A DNA stretch of 64,000 nucleotides, from NCBI RefSeq assembly GCF_009914755.1, contig NC_060925.1, one strand, 5' to 3'. The stretch comes from the human T2T-CHM13v2.0 reference genome, Homo sapiens. Within the stretch, counting starts at the first letter, position 1. Every line of letters starts with the position of its first letter. Shown here piece by piece: positions 1-15,755 of this stretch. The notes beneath the pieces were generated by a model. That model ran no database searches. It was not told where the DNA came from and saw only the letters and a list, made by a program, of their open reading frames with translations. Made by a program: the position numbers and the translations under genes.

Positions 1-1654
1 TGGTGAGCGAGAGCAGGATAAGAGGTTGGGACATAGGTATTTTAATAGAGATACAAATAATTACTAAAATTGGCTTGGTTTTTTAAATAAAGTCTGTAAT
101 ATTTTGAAATCATCTTCATATTCTTTACATTGCAGAGACTGAGTGCCAAATGAATGCTATATAAATTGTAAAACAATGGCAAATATTTTCTTTATAATGT
201 ATTTATTTACTATAAATTTTAAATGTATTTAGTATCTATATATGTTTTCCCAAAACTAAAAAAGTTACTAACTCACATTTTTACAAACCAGAGATATGTA
301 AACATACATACACACATGCACACACATACATTATTTTGTAGTTACCTGACTACAGATAAATTTATACTTAAATTTATTTTTGAGGAGCTTACTTTTATTT
401 ATGGATTTGATTTAAACTCTTATGGACTTAATGAATATACATTTACTTTTATTTGCTTTTTTATTTTAACAGTGAAAGAATGTATGTATTAATACTGTGT
501 CAACAATAATAAATGTATATACATCCTTGACCTTACTCTTAGAAATACCAAAGACACTTGGGCAGTTTAAGACCACTGAGCAGCCATTGCCCATACAATG
601 CTTTTACATCCCTTAAGACTTGAGCCTACAGAAAAAAAAAAGTCGTAATATTGATTCAATTCTTGCAATATCAAGTCTACCACTTATAAGTATTAACAAT
701 TGCAAAGTAACCGTGATAACTCCACCTCAATGGAAAACACTGATGTGTGTGGTCTTACCGTCAGTACCCAGCTGACAGTAAATCATGTTTTCAGGATCCA
801 TTAATAGAAGGCTCATAGGGAAGTTCCGATATCCTATTTATGGAAGTACAGAATGGTTTGAGATGGGAAGGTCTAGCTGTAAAATAATGCAGTAAAAATT
901 GGGCTTGTGGAGGGGGATTCTTGCATTGAGTCAGAAGGCAGAACTTCTTTCATGGCAGAAATTGTTCCCTGCTAAGCAAATGTGGTAATACTATAATAAA
1001 CTACCACATTTGACTGATAGCTCAGAGTTCATAGAATTTGGGGAGAACACATGCTTAATGCAGAGGATTCTTTGTAATTATCTTTGCATTCTTGATGCTT
1101 TGAGGCTCAGGAAATGTTTGATTCCAGAAGTACTTATAGAACTGTTTTCATAGAGACCATTCTGTCTGACATGAGTTGCATGGCCTCTGATCATGTTTGG
1201 TAACCAAATTATTATCTGTTGCATACCTTCAGTGGCTCATACAAACATGTGACTAACAAAAGATAATGTAATTATCAGCAAATTTCTGGCACTCATGATA
1301 CGAAATAATCTTATAATATGAACATACTATAACCTATATAGTATGTCTAATAAAATATACATATAAATGTATGTATCTTTTGGCTAATGAACATAATTCA
1401 GTGAAAATTGGGTATTAGAATTTTGAAGCATATTGCTTAAGAAAACTAATACTACAAATTTTCATCATTAGAACCTTCTGTATTTTGGGGAATCATACTT
1501 CAAATTGATTATAATCATTCCCAGTCACCCTGCCCAAGAACATCTAGTGGTTCTGCAGTACCTGCCTAGTTTTGAATTCATGACTTTGACCAACCTATTT
1601 GTCAAGATTTGACTCCCACTGTCACCATTTTTCCACCTCCTTTTCTTTAAATGA

Positions 1655-2014
<360 letters not shown>

Positions 2015-3648
2015 GCTTTTCAAATACACAGTTCCCTTGTCATTAATGCATTTCGTCACCTCCCCATCCCCAGATCTCCACATTTTAAAATATTTCTGTC
2101 CTTCAAGGATGGCTTAGACCAAATATCACCTCCTTCAGGAAGCATTTCCAACTGAAATTATTCTTTATTTTTTATGATTCTCTCATAAAAGGTAGAGTTC
2201 TGTGATTCTACCTTGTATTATAGGGGAATAATATATACCTCTCTATATACAATATATAGAAAGGTAATAATATATACCTCTATATATAATAATATATACC
2301 TCCATAATACAAGGTATATAGAGAATATATACCTTATTTTCTCTTCTTAATCAGATTGTAAGCGCCTTAAGGACAGAGTCCACTTAGTATTCATTTTTGT
2401 ATTTGCCTAGCAACCATCACATTTCCTTGCACATAGCAGGTACTCAATAAACTGTTGAATCAAAATGAATTAAATGGAATTGTGTATTACTCATTGTGTG
2501 TTGATGATTTTGTTTTGAATTCATGTTTTCTCTGTCTTCAAACCATTTTAATATACATTAGAATAATTTTATAATACTGAAATATCAGTTTACTTGTACT
2601 TTGAAGTTTTTTTTCCACCCATATTCCTATTAGCATGGTCATACTTCACATCACCTTTAGACTTTTAAAAAAATCTCATTTTTGTCTCCATTTGTAAATG
2701 CCTAACATTCAAACTGTTTTTATATTTAACTGAATCCACAGAACTGAATGTTCTGATGTACATTAAAATGACTGTCCTTCTATTCATCAGATGTAATTAT
2801 ATGTACAAAATAGTTCTTAATTGATTGCTATCAGATGCTTTCTATTTCTGTATTTTATGTAATAAAGAACTATCATAGAATTGTTTATAATCTATTTCTC
2901 TCATAGTTTTGGCCTTTAAACTGTTGGGTTCCTCCTTGTTTAGTCCTTTTCTCCAAAGAGCCCTGTGTGATAGTTAAAAATTATGGCTGCATACAAAATC
3001 AAGTTACAGGCATAGAATACTTCACCTGACTGAATTAGTGACAGGTTTAAGATTGAATTTCATTTTTCCCTCTTTTCTGTTGCTGATCAGGTTTCTTTTT
3101 AAGGCTCAAACATTTTCCTTTCTCTTTATATATGAACAGATAAATATAGATATTGCTAAATACCTCATTGTTAAGTTCTTAGTGATTTGGCCTCACTAAA
3201 GAAACATGCCTTGAACACATTTGATGTAATTCCTAGAATAGAGTTTTGCTTTTTTAACTTGAGACAATTATCTTAAAATACTAATTCATGTGTGCCAAAG
3301 CTTTTATTTCAACACTATAATAAACCATTTGGCCAAAACTATAAATTGTACACATTCAGTCACATAAACAGAGAACTATAAATGATCCATATGAAATCTT
3401 CACAGCCTCTGACAAAGAAATATTTTATTGTATTTTCGCAAGAGAATATTACTTTACCATATTTTCTGCATTTAACAGTGAAAGTTTCATCACTTTAATG
3501 TGTATAGTTTTCTGAACTAAAAGCATTGCATATTTATTAAATATTACCTTGAAATCCGAATTAGTAATTTATCTAAATTGGAGGTGATTATTGGGGAAAA
3601 TTGTGTTTTTTTAATAATTTGACTCTTTTATCCAAATGTTTATTCCAG

Positions 3649-3705
3649 ATTGTATCTGCTGTACAGTATTGTCATCAAAAGTACATTGTTCACCGTGATC
3701 TTAAG
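3649..3705 (+). CDS. MARK1: MARK1 coding exon (kinase catalytic loop: IVSAVQYCHQKYIVHRDLK), 57 nt, phase 0-0
   Basis: tattccag| acceptor, AAG|gtaagc donor; HRDLK motif; continues in frame into AENLLLD of the next exon. Confidence 0.97.
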
Positions 3706-6018
3706 GTAAGCTTCTGAGTGTAATTTTTTAAAAAAAAAAATCGTTATTATTAACATATATTTAATAATAATATTAGAGCTGTCTATTTTATTGCCTAACT
3801 GTGCTGCTGGACACTATACAAGTAGTTAGTTTTTGATTCTCACAGCAACTTTATGAAAGGTAATATTTTCACTGAGCAAATGAAGAAAATATGAGTGATA
3901 AGTTTTCTAGCTTTAGAAGTTAGACGATTTGATTCACTATTAATTAGTTTGTTTTAAATGCATAGATATGGAACTTCGTTCCCAGCCAAAAGTGTGGGAC
4001 CTCAGGCAGAAGCAAAGTCAGAGCACAGACCCATGTTTCCCTTACGTAAGAGACAGTATTCACACTCTACCTTAAAGCTCAAAGAACTAAGGAAAGTTGT
4101 AAAACATTTTTATGAACATTAAATGTGTATAATAGTACAAATGAGCATACTTTGGAATAAGAAATGTGTAGTTAGTCAATAAATGGTTGTGCCACATAGA
4201 TTTTGTTGAAAGTGGAAACACCCTGGACTAAAATGTTTATACCTGTTTTTCCTTTTTTCTCTAATCTTCCAAATTTAATTTGCATTGTCCCTTACATAGG
4301 ACTCTTATTTTTCTGTTTTACTTTTTTCCTCATCACCTTTATCAACTACTATCACCAGTTTGGGTTATATTTGAATATATTATCCTAAACAGTTGTCAAA
4401 AGTCAAGTCTAATTCTGTATTTTAGCTTCATTTTTCAGAGCTTATGAATTTTCTGTTGCTCCAAATTTTTCTATTTCTTGGTTTCCTTCCTTGGCTATTT
4501 TAAGGGGAATCACTTCTATGATGAATGAGAAAGAAAAGAACTGTTCCCCTGCTTCTGTGTTTAACTCCCAGTTTATCATCTCATTTCTTATATGAAAAAA
4601 ATCTGCAAAAAATAATCATGTTCAAAACCTTGTGTTTTCCCTCCAGTCCAATAGAGAGAGTTTTCCTGTACATTCCTGGAAGGAGACCTCAGAACCCCTT
4701 GCAGCTCTTCTCTTCTGAGGCAGCTTGGATACTTTGATATCCATCCAGACATTTTTAGAGAGACTGAAAAAAGTCCAGCTTGCTCACAAACAGCTGCAGA
4801 AATTTACAATGACCAGCCCCTTACATCAGAACATAAAAATAACCTGGTTTTGTCACAGTTCAAAAATGTGACAATCTAATATAAATTTTTCCAAATATAT
4901 GTGCTTTTATAGTATTTATGTGATAAATTATACCCTATTTTTATTGTATATTTTGGGTTCTAGGTGTATCTGCATTTTCCAAAATAAAATGAAAACAAAT
5001 ATCCCAAGCTAGTATACCATAAAAAAGAAGAAAAGAAAGGTTGTGGTGGGTAGGGAGGGAAGAGATAGATGATGGGCAGAGTGCTTGACTCTTATAATTG
5101 TTGGACCTTCCAGTAATATAGAGAAATCTGATTTTTGTTTTAGTCAAATTTTATTTCTTTTTGGAACCTGATAAAACACATCTACAAAGTAACCTATTAC
5201 TTTGTTAGTCTATCCATCCATTGTAATAGAGTTTAAAATAAAACATGTACAAAAGCAAGTCCTTTATTGAGTTGCTTCTGTTTACAAAAGGGACATGTAA
5301 AATATTGTCTTTGAGTGATTCTGCTTTAGGATTTTGGAAAACCATCTCAAAACGTGGAAAATTCATTGTTTTCTATGTAAAATATACATCAAGAAGAGAA
5401 TCTAGTTTTAGAACAGCAAAAAGAAGCTTAAAACAGACAAGATATAATGGAGGCTGTATTTTTTGGTCATGTTTTACTGAAACAGTACTTTGTTGAGAAA
5501 ACATTCTACAAGAGAGAACAAAGGAATGAATTAGTAGTCACAGAACCTCTGACAGGCAGTTACTGTAGATATACCTTTGAGCCTTGCTTTAACCAACAAT
5601 ACCCTATTAAAATAGAGCTCCTTTGGGTAATCATGTTGGTTTAAGTCCCAGATGGATTCGTATTATGTTCTTTAGAGTAGGTCATATTAAGGTACGCTTC
5701 CAGGATGTTTCTGACTGTGAGGAAAAAAATGAGTTTAAAATAACCTATGAAAGAAAATAGGTTTTAAATAACCTTTCTTAAGTAGTTGCATATATGCATA
5801 TAAAGAGAGCTTTCCTTATGTAGTGTTAAAATTTAGTCTTATGTAGATGTAATTCAGAACAGTTATGCATTGAAGTACCATACTGGGCTTCTAAATTTGA
5901 TACTACATTTAGAAATGAGGGGCAAGAGATATGTAAGTTTGGAAGCTAAAACTCTTTTACAAATATTTTTATTTTATGTAGGCTTTTTACATTGTTCTTT
6001 CTATTATTTTCCTCTTAG

Positions 6019-6464
<446 letters not shown>

Positions 6465-6901
6465 GTAAGTAAATTTTTGTACTCCAAATTTAAATTTTAA
6501 CAATTAAAATATTCCAGGAACCGAAGAGCATTTTTCTCCTATGTTTTCTTAGGAAAATTGCCAAATTATCTAATCTGCCTTTTGTTTGTAGGTAGGGAAA
6601 ATTACATGACTTTTTTTCACTTTCAAAAGTTGCCACAGTAGCTGTCTCTAAAAACTATTATTTCCTCTTTGTTCTGCAGTGCCGTATTAAATAAAAACAA
6701 CACAAAAATAGAGGTTGACTTTTAGTTAGAGAAGGAGGAAAACGTAGCTGCTGTCAGAAATTGCTTTGTCGAAAACAGAAACCTTGTTTTTAGTAAGTAC
6801 TCAATAAATATTTCAAGGATAAAAGAAAATAGTGAAAATTCTAATCTAATGAATATTTCACAGCTATATCTGACATTGATATCTAGCATTTAAAAATGTA
6901 G

Positions 6902-7329
<428 letters not shown>

Positions 7330-10323
7330 TTATTTATAATAATAGACACTATTATAAATGGACTAAGTATGTTACAGCCAAGCAAGTTCACATAACCAAA
7401 ATGTCTACTATTTTTTTTCTTCTGGCACTGCAATTAGAATAATTTATTTCTTAAGTATTTTGCCCATCTGTTTTTAAGAATGATATTTTAGCCTTTACTA
7501 AGATAATTTCAGAGATTCAGCATGCATTATTCACTAGTACTTTCTGTCTTCTTTTATTTACCTTAATAGAAAGGGTAGAGAATTCAGAGAATTAACCTCA
7601 TATAAACTGTACTTTTTTAGTGTAGCAATGGGGCTTTCTGGCATGGACTTCATGCTGCTTAGGAGGCAGCCTTATAGTGAGCCATCCCTGTGTACAGAGC
7701 TCTCAGGTTAGTGTGGGCTTTGTAATTTTATTTCCACAAATATTTTTCAGTAGAGGATACAGCATGTTTTGATGGAAGTTAAGGGATGGCGACTTCCATT
7801 GGGAAATTATTTTAAATGCTTTGTGTCAGTTAGTCAATTATCATGATTTTTTTACCGAATTATTTGTTTAAATGTGATTAGTTATAGCTTATGAGTTTTG
7901 TGGGCTTTTCCCTCCTTATGGGGTTAAAAAAAATGAGTTAATGCTTTAATAGAGAACATGTACTATATAATGCCCACTTTTATATCACTTATTTTGAAAG
8001 CTTTCCATCATTATTCATAGAAAAATTAGGTGAAATATTTAAAAAGCTAAAATTTTTGACTCTCATATCGGTTCTAAAATAATGAACTTTAGAGAACATG
8101 TTTTGTAATCCTGTTTTGTGACTAACTTTTATCATAAGAACCCCACTTGACCTGAGTGACACAATAAAATGCTCAAAGTTGAAGCAGCAGCTTAGCTAAT
8201 GAGCAGAGCAAAAAGAACATACAAAAATTATTTTGGGGGGATAGATATTACAGATCTCTATGGACAGTAGGTAAGATGTGCTTATGTCTTAAAGATGATT
8301 AATTTATAGTAGCCAAACACTTTAGTCTTTTATCATTATTATTAACATGTTGAGGATTAAAATATTAGAGTGCTTTGAGTTGAATTTAAAAGCCAAATTT
8401 TTATTACTAAAATATTTGATCATCAGAAGCTCATTCTAATATATTTCAGTATAGTCTGCAACTTTCTGTTCCAGCTTACCAAAACAAAGTTTTTCAGCTA
8501 TGAAACCACGAGTCCCCACTGGAAATATTATATTATAGATATTACTATACAAAGGCTGATTTGCTTCACAGTTCCCAGAAATGACTTTCCAGGGAAACTT
8601 GACACCATTTTTTAAAAAAGAAATATTTCTTATACCATACCTTAAGAAACTCTCCTAGAAATATTGGTGACTTCAAAAATTGTTAGTCTTCACTTTTATT
8701 TTTCATACCAATTTTATTAGCTTTACAGTAAAAAACCTGTAAACTTTTTTAAAGCTATTTTCAAAATACTCATCTTTATTATGTAAATATAACATTTTAT
8801 GTGTTAGTAATGTTTTATATTATGTTCCATTCTTTTTTTTAACCTTAGAAGCTTTTGATATGCACTTCTTGCTTTGTCATAAGAATGCACTCCTTCCTTT
8901 TTAATAGCTATGTTATTCTCCTTGGGTTACGTAACGTAATTTATTTAACTATTCCCTGCTTATTGCACATCTGAGTTGTTTCCATTGTTTTTGATAAAAA
9001 ACAATGTGGTATACTTTTTTCCCCTTTGGGATATATGTTTAGATAAATTCTTCAGAGTGGAATTACTGGGTCAAAGGGTGTAAGTGATCGGATAGCTCTT
9101 TTATCATTGCCAAAAGATATGTGTGACCCAAGGCTTTTGAATGTACCTATTCTCCATACCCTGATTCAATAATGGATACAAATTCTAGTATTTGATGCCT
9201 CGCTTTAATTTGTATTTCTTTTATTAGCAATAAAATGGAATATTTTTAATGAATAGTTTGTGCTTCTTCATGTATAAGCTCTCAGTGTCTTTTAACTACT
9301 TGTCTTAAGGAGTCTGGTTAATAAGCCTCATAGATTTGTACCAACTTTGTATATTTTAATATAAAATATTTTTCTGGTAATTTCCACATTTAAAAAAAAT
9401 GGAACATCATGAATGTTTTTTCAGTGTTACTTTAGTGTCATGAATTATTGATTAGAGTATCCTCTAGTCTTTCTTCACTATATATTTTGCTAATATTGAA
9501 ATTTGATTTAGAGAATTTTACATGGTTGCATATTGTTTCAAACTTATTTAACTTACCTTTCTGTTGCTACCAGACATAACTGTGTATTTTATTAAAGTGT
9601 TTCTTAAAGACTCATAAGTTAAATGCCTTATTTATCATCTGTGAAAATAAAAATTATTGAAATTAGTTTCACATTCTACTAGGCCTATAGTTTGTTTCTA
9701 GACATAAGCAAACAGTTATATAATTTTTTCAGGTTATATATGTGAATGCTGTCAGCTCTTTCTAATTGTACTAGTCTGGAACTTCCATGTGTTATACTGT
9801 CCTCTCATAATGAGGGCATTATGATTTTAAATGGATTTGTGCTTTATGTTGTACACTAGGGTTTTTTTTAACCCATTTATTGGAATATTAGTATGTCTAG
9901 ATTTTTTTATTAGAAAGAAACTGAAAAACTTTTCTGCTTTCCCTGTTTTGTATGTGTTCATTCATTTTTCCAGTGTTTAACCAAGATGGACTATATTACC
10001 TTTCAAAACAATGCAAAATTTGAGCCTGAAGCAAAGCTCCTCTTATTGCCCTCTCTTTGTCGTCATTGGTCCTCCCATAAAAGTGTTTATTTTGACTTTT
10101 GATACTTAATTTTTCAGGTGTTACTAAAATAATCTTTACAGTCTTGTTTATGTCTGCCAAATGACAGTAAAGCAAAAAAATCAATTAATTCATAATTTTT
10201 TAATGAAAGATTTCTGTGTACAAATTCAGAAGCATATAGTATATTTTACAAAGGTTGAAATCATTTAAGTAAAATTATTTGTCTGGCCGTTCTAAATTCC
10301 ATATTTTTAAAATGTGCACCTCA

Positions 10324-10615
10324 GGCCAGGCTTGATGGCTCATGACTGTAATCCAAATACTTTGGGAGGCCAAGGCGGGCAGATCACCTAAGTCCAGGAG
10401 ATCGAGACCAGCCTGGGCAACATGGAAAAACCCTGTCTCTACATTAGCTGGGCGTGGTGTCACACATCCTGTAGTCCTAGCTACTCGGGAGGCTGAAGCA
10501 CGAGGATTGCTTGAGCCCAGGAGGTTGAGGATGCTGTAAGCCATGATTGCGCCACTGGACTGCAGCCGGGATGACAGAACAAGACCCTGTCTCCAAATAA
10601 GATAAAATAAAATAA
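10324..10615 (+). mobile_element. AluJ-like element
   Basis: Alu dimer with shortened linker; TSD-like aaatgtgca. Confidence 0.88.
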
Positions 10616-11711
10616 ATGTGCATCTAAGTATAGAGTGTATATTTCCCATAGCTGGTTTAATTCCTTAATTCGTCTGAATTAATTATTTTGTTAATATAAC
10701 TCTCAGGCAGTCATTTATGTTCATTGGCACTGATGGCTAGAGTAAACTTTGTTTTGTTAATTTTGGAATTGTTTTTGTCCTCTAGTTTCTCATGAGATAC
10801 CTGAAATGAAATCGGAGTGGATGAGTTTATTCAGCTAGTTTCTATGTCTAGTGCAGTTGGTTGGCCTAGTTCTTTATACCATGCCTGAGACCACCCAGAC
10901 TCGGGTTACATGAGCTCTCTCCTGTCACACAGTACCTCCATTTTCTGGGAAAGTTTTTCCCTCGACTTTTAACGTTAACTCTTTTGGTTACCATGAAAGA
11001 ATTTTACATATGCATGAGGTTCACACAACTAAGGGCAGGTAGTCCATATCTCTCTTCCCTTTCATGTATCCATACTTCGTTGCTTTCTATGCTTTATTTT
11101 GGAAAAAAATAACAGAGTTATTAACAGAGTTAAACCCCCACATCTTCCCTTTCTTAAGGAGATCTTCTTTCCAACCTTTATCTTCCATTCTGAGAAGATT
11201 ACTTTTATTCTGCTTTGAAATACAACTGTTGTTGTGAGACAAACTCCTTAGTAGACTCTTGGTGATTCCCAGTGGCTAGAATAATAATAATAAAGGGAAA
11301 CAAAACTGTTGATTCTCTCATTGCTGCCCAATTCTCTTTCTTTCCTTATCACTGCATTTTCTACTTTTTCTGACTCAGCCTAGCCTCAAATCTAGTTTTA
11401 TGTGAGGATTAGCAGTCAGTCCTTCTGTGTCCACCTATTGTATTTTTTCCCGTGCTAATTATAAAATGTTGTATAAAATGTATTCTTTCATTGTATACAA
11501 TCTGTGTGCTTAGTAAAAGAAGGGTGCCTCCTCACTGTTCCTCACATCCTTCTGCCATGACTTTGCACCATTCCAAATACTGCTTATATTTCAAATCAGT
11601 TTACATCCTGCCCCCTTACAGTTCCTTCCCTGAAAATCCCAGCCCACACTTCAAGTTGTTCTTTTGGTCTTTATTAAAACTCACTGCTAATAACACAACT
11701 TTAAATAGTTA

Positions 11712-12322
<611 letters not shown>

Positions 12323-13410
12323 GTTTTAGATTTCATAAGTAAATCTCATTTCCCCAAATAACAAACAAATCACTTAAGGGTTTGATCCATGTATATATTT
12401 TTTCTGACAGGAACATATGGATATGAAGTGAGCACCAAATAAATACAACTTAACTGAGAAACATCAGAAAGTTACTTTCATTTTCCTTCTAATTGCTTAT
12501 CTCTCAGCTGTCAAATCTGCTATTGCTCCTATATTTCTTGCTTAATTTATAGAAACCATATTCTGCCAGGCACCTGATTTAAAATTCTCAGAACTCTCTT
12601 GTATTCCATCCATTCCCTCAGAACCAAATGAATCTTGTCATCAAGTGCAATAGATTATACTTCTGGTTTCTTTCTTCCATTTCTTCATGTCTAGTTCAGT
12701 CCTCTGTTCTCTTTCCTGGACGTTATAACAACTTCGTAAGGTGTCTTCTTGTTGCTAATCTCTGGATTCTGTCTTACCCAGGGATCTTGTAGCAACATTA
12801 TTTTAAAACACTACCTTGTTCAAAAACAGGCATCTGTAGTGAGAGAAACAGTATATAAGGCACAGCCTTTGTCCTCAAGGACTTTAAATAATGTGAAGGA
12901 GATAAACCTCTACACAACTAACTGTAATCAAAGGTAGAGTTTAATAACAGTAACACTAGGATATAAGCAGAGTTCCATGGGAGCACAGGAGAAGGACAGA
13001 TGAGTGATTAAGACGAGGTTTTATTCATTCAATTTACAAATATGTACTGACCATTTAGTGCTGGGTACTTTTAGGTGCTGGATATGCAATATTGAACAAA
13101 CCAGACATGGATCATTCTTTGATTGGGTTTATGGTCCAGTGGTGGAGATACATGATTAACAGGTAAACCAAAATATTACATAACAACAAGCTACATTCAA
13201 TTGTAGGCAAAGATCAGGGTGCCATGAAAGAGAGTAACAGAAAGGTCCCAGGCTTTATGTGGTCATTTTGAAATAAAAAGGAACTTAGGTGGGAAGATAG
13301 GGGAAAACATTCTAGGCAAATATCCTTGTCTTTTATTCCGCTGAGAAAATAGAAACCAAAAGTCATGAGTACTCTTCACTTACCATTCCCATACCTTAAA
13401 CATTACTGTT

Positions 13411-15755
13411 GAGACCAACTGATGGGAGGGATGGAAGGCAAGCAAGATGACGCAGACACAGGGCACCAGGAGGAAAGTCTGTTACTACTACGACGGGGAT
13501 GTTGGAAATTAATATTATAGACAAGACCATCCAATGAAGCCTCACCAAATCTACTACTCACAATTTGCTGCCCAGCTGTGGTCTCCACTGAACAATAGAA
13601 ATCTGTCACCCTCACAAACCCAGTACTGAGGAGATGACCAAGTACCACAGGGATGACTACATTAAATTCTTGCGCTCCATCTCTTCAGATACATGTTCGA
13701 GCACAGCAAGCAGATGCAGATTCAACGTCAGCAAGGACTGTCCAGTATTCAATGGCCTGTTTGAATTCTTACAGTTGTCTACTGGTGGCTCTCTGGCAAG
13801 TGCTGTGAAACTTAATAAGCAGCAGATAGACATCGCTGTGAATTGGGCTGGGGGCCTGAACCATGCCAAGAAGCCTGAGGCATCTGGCTTCTATTACATC
13901 AATGACATTGTCTTGGCCATCCTGGAACTGCTAACCTATCACCAGAGGGTGCTGTATATTGACATTGATATTCACCACGGCGATGGGATGGAAGAGGCCT
14001 TCTATACCACAGACTGGGTCATGACTATGTCTTCTCCTAAGTAGGGAGAGAACTTTTCAGGAACTAGGGATCTACAGGATATTGGGGCTGGCAAAGGCAA
14101 GTATTATGCTGTTAACTACCTGCTCCGAGATGGGATTGACGACAAGTCCTATGAGGCCATTTCAAGTTCAGTGCTCTTACAGTGTGGCTCAGACTCCTTA
14201 TCTGGGGACTGGTTAGGTTGCTTCAATCTGATCATCAAAGCACATGCTGGCCTGTCGTGGTGGCTCATGCCTGTTCTCAGCATTTTGGGAGGCCCAGGCA
14301 GGAGAATCACTTGAGGTCAGAAGTTTGACACCAGCCTGGCCAACATGGTGAAACCCCGCATCTACTAAAAATACAAAAATTAGTCAGACATGGTGGTGCA
14401 CTTCTGTAATCCCAGCTATTCGGGAGGCTGAGTCATGAGAATCGCTTGCACCCTAGAGGCGGAGGTTGCAGTGAGCTGATTGCACCAGGGCACTCCAGCC
14501 TGGAGAACTGAGTGAGACTCCATCTCAAAAAAAAAAAAAAAGGGTTGAGGGGGGCATGCCAAGTGTATGGAATTTGTCAAGAGCTTTAACCTGCCTATGC
14601 TGATGCTGGGAGGAAGTGGTTCCAATTTGTAATGTTGCCTAGTGCTGGACATATGAGACAGGTGTGGCCCTGGATACAGAGATCCCTAATGAGCTTCCAT
14701 ACAGCGACTACTTGGAATAGTTTGGACCAGATTTCAGGCTCCACATCAGTCCTTCCAGTATGACTAACCAGAACACGAATGGTACTTGGAGAAGATAAAC
14801 AGCGACTGTTTGAGAACCTGAGAATGCTGCCCCACAAACCTGGGTCCAAATGCAGGTGATTCCAGAGGATCTGTCCCTGAGGAGAGTGGCGATGAGAGCG
14901 AAGAAGACCCTGACAAATGGATCTCGATCTGTTCCTCTGACAAACGAATTGCCTGTGAGGAAGAGTTCTCTGACTCTGATGAGGTGAGAGAGGGTGGCCA
15001 CAAGAACTCTTCCAACTTCAAAAAAGCCAAGAGAGTCAAAACAGGATGGAAAAGAGAAAGACCTAGATGAGAAGAGCAAAGTCACAGAAGAGGAGAAAAC
15101 CAAGGAGGAGAAGCCAGAAGCCAAAGGGGTCAAGGAGGAGGTCAGGTTGGCCTGAGCAGACCTCTCCAGCTCTGGCTTCTTGCCAAGTCCCCTGCCTTTC
15201 TCCACCAACACCTCAGATTTTATGCTTTCTATTTATCTGTGTATTTATAGGAAAGTTTATTAAATATAAATATCCCCAGGGACTAGACAGAAACCAAGGC
15301 CCTGAGCCCAGGGCAGCTATGCTGGGTGAACTCTTCTAGGAGCTGCCTTGCCACCCATCCTTCCATCCTTCCCCAGTTCTTAACTTTGAACCATAAAGAG
15401 TACCAGGTTTGGGTGAAAGGGATACTTTCATGCAACCATAAGACAAAATCCTGAAAATGCCAAATGCCTGCTTAGTAGCTTTGGAAAGGTACCCTTATTG
15501 AACATTCTAGAAGGGGTGGCCAGGTCTTCAAGGGTCTCCCGTTCTTTTCAGGCTGCTAATGTAACATCAGCCATTTTTAGATTGGCTCTGTCCTCATACC
15601 TTCCCAGTGGCCTCAGGTGAGCCAAGAAACTCACACTGCCTGCCCTTTGTCTTCCCCTAATTCTGCAGGTGGAGGTTGGTGGTCTAGTTTCCTTTTTGAG
15701 ATACCGTTTTCATTTTTGAGACCTTTGTAATAAAATGGTACATTTCTATACAAAA
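13411..15755 (+). pseudogene. HDAC1P2: HDAC1 processed pseudogene (partial 5'UTR, CDS, 3'UTR, poly-A), probably HDAC1P2
   Basis: ATG 13447 MTQTQGTRRKVCYYYDGDVGN then TAA (13510); intronless; DIDIHHGDG motif; ends KEEVRLA-TGA at 15155; AATAAA 15729, A tail; TSD aaacattactgtt (13398-13410) / aaaaataactgtt (15756-15768). Symbol from recollection of the locus. Confidence 0.93.
14249..14541 (+). mobile_element. AluS inserted in the HDAC1 pseudogene
   Basis: Alu dimer with A tail splitting the HDAC1 IKGHAKC-coding region; residual catgc duplication. Confidence 0.93.

Noticed and set aside
14708-15211. 167-aa minus-strand ORF
   Set aside because: Antisense shadow of the purine-rich HDAC1 C-terminal coding region of the pseudogene.
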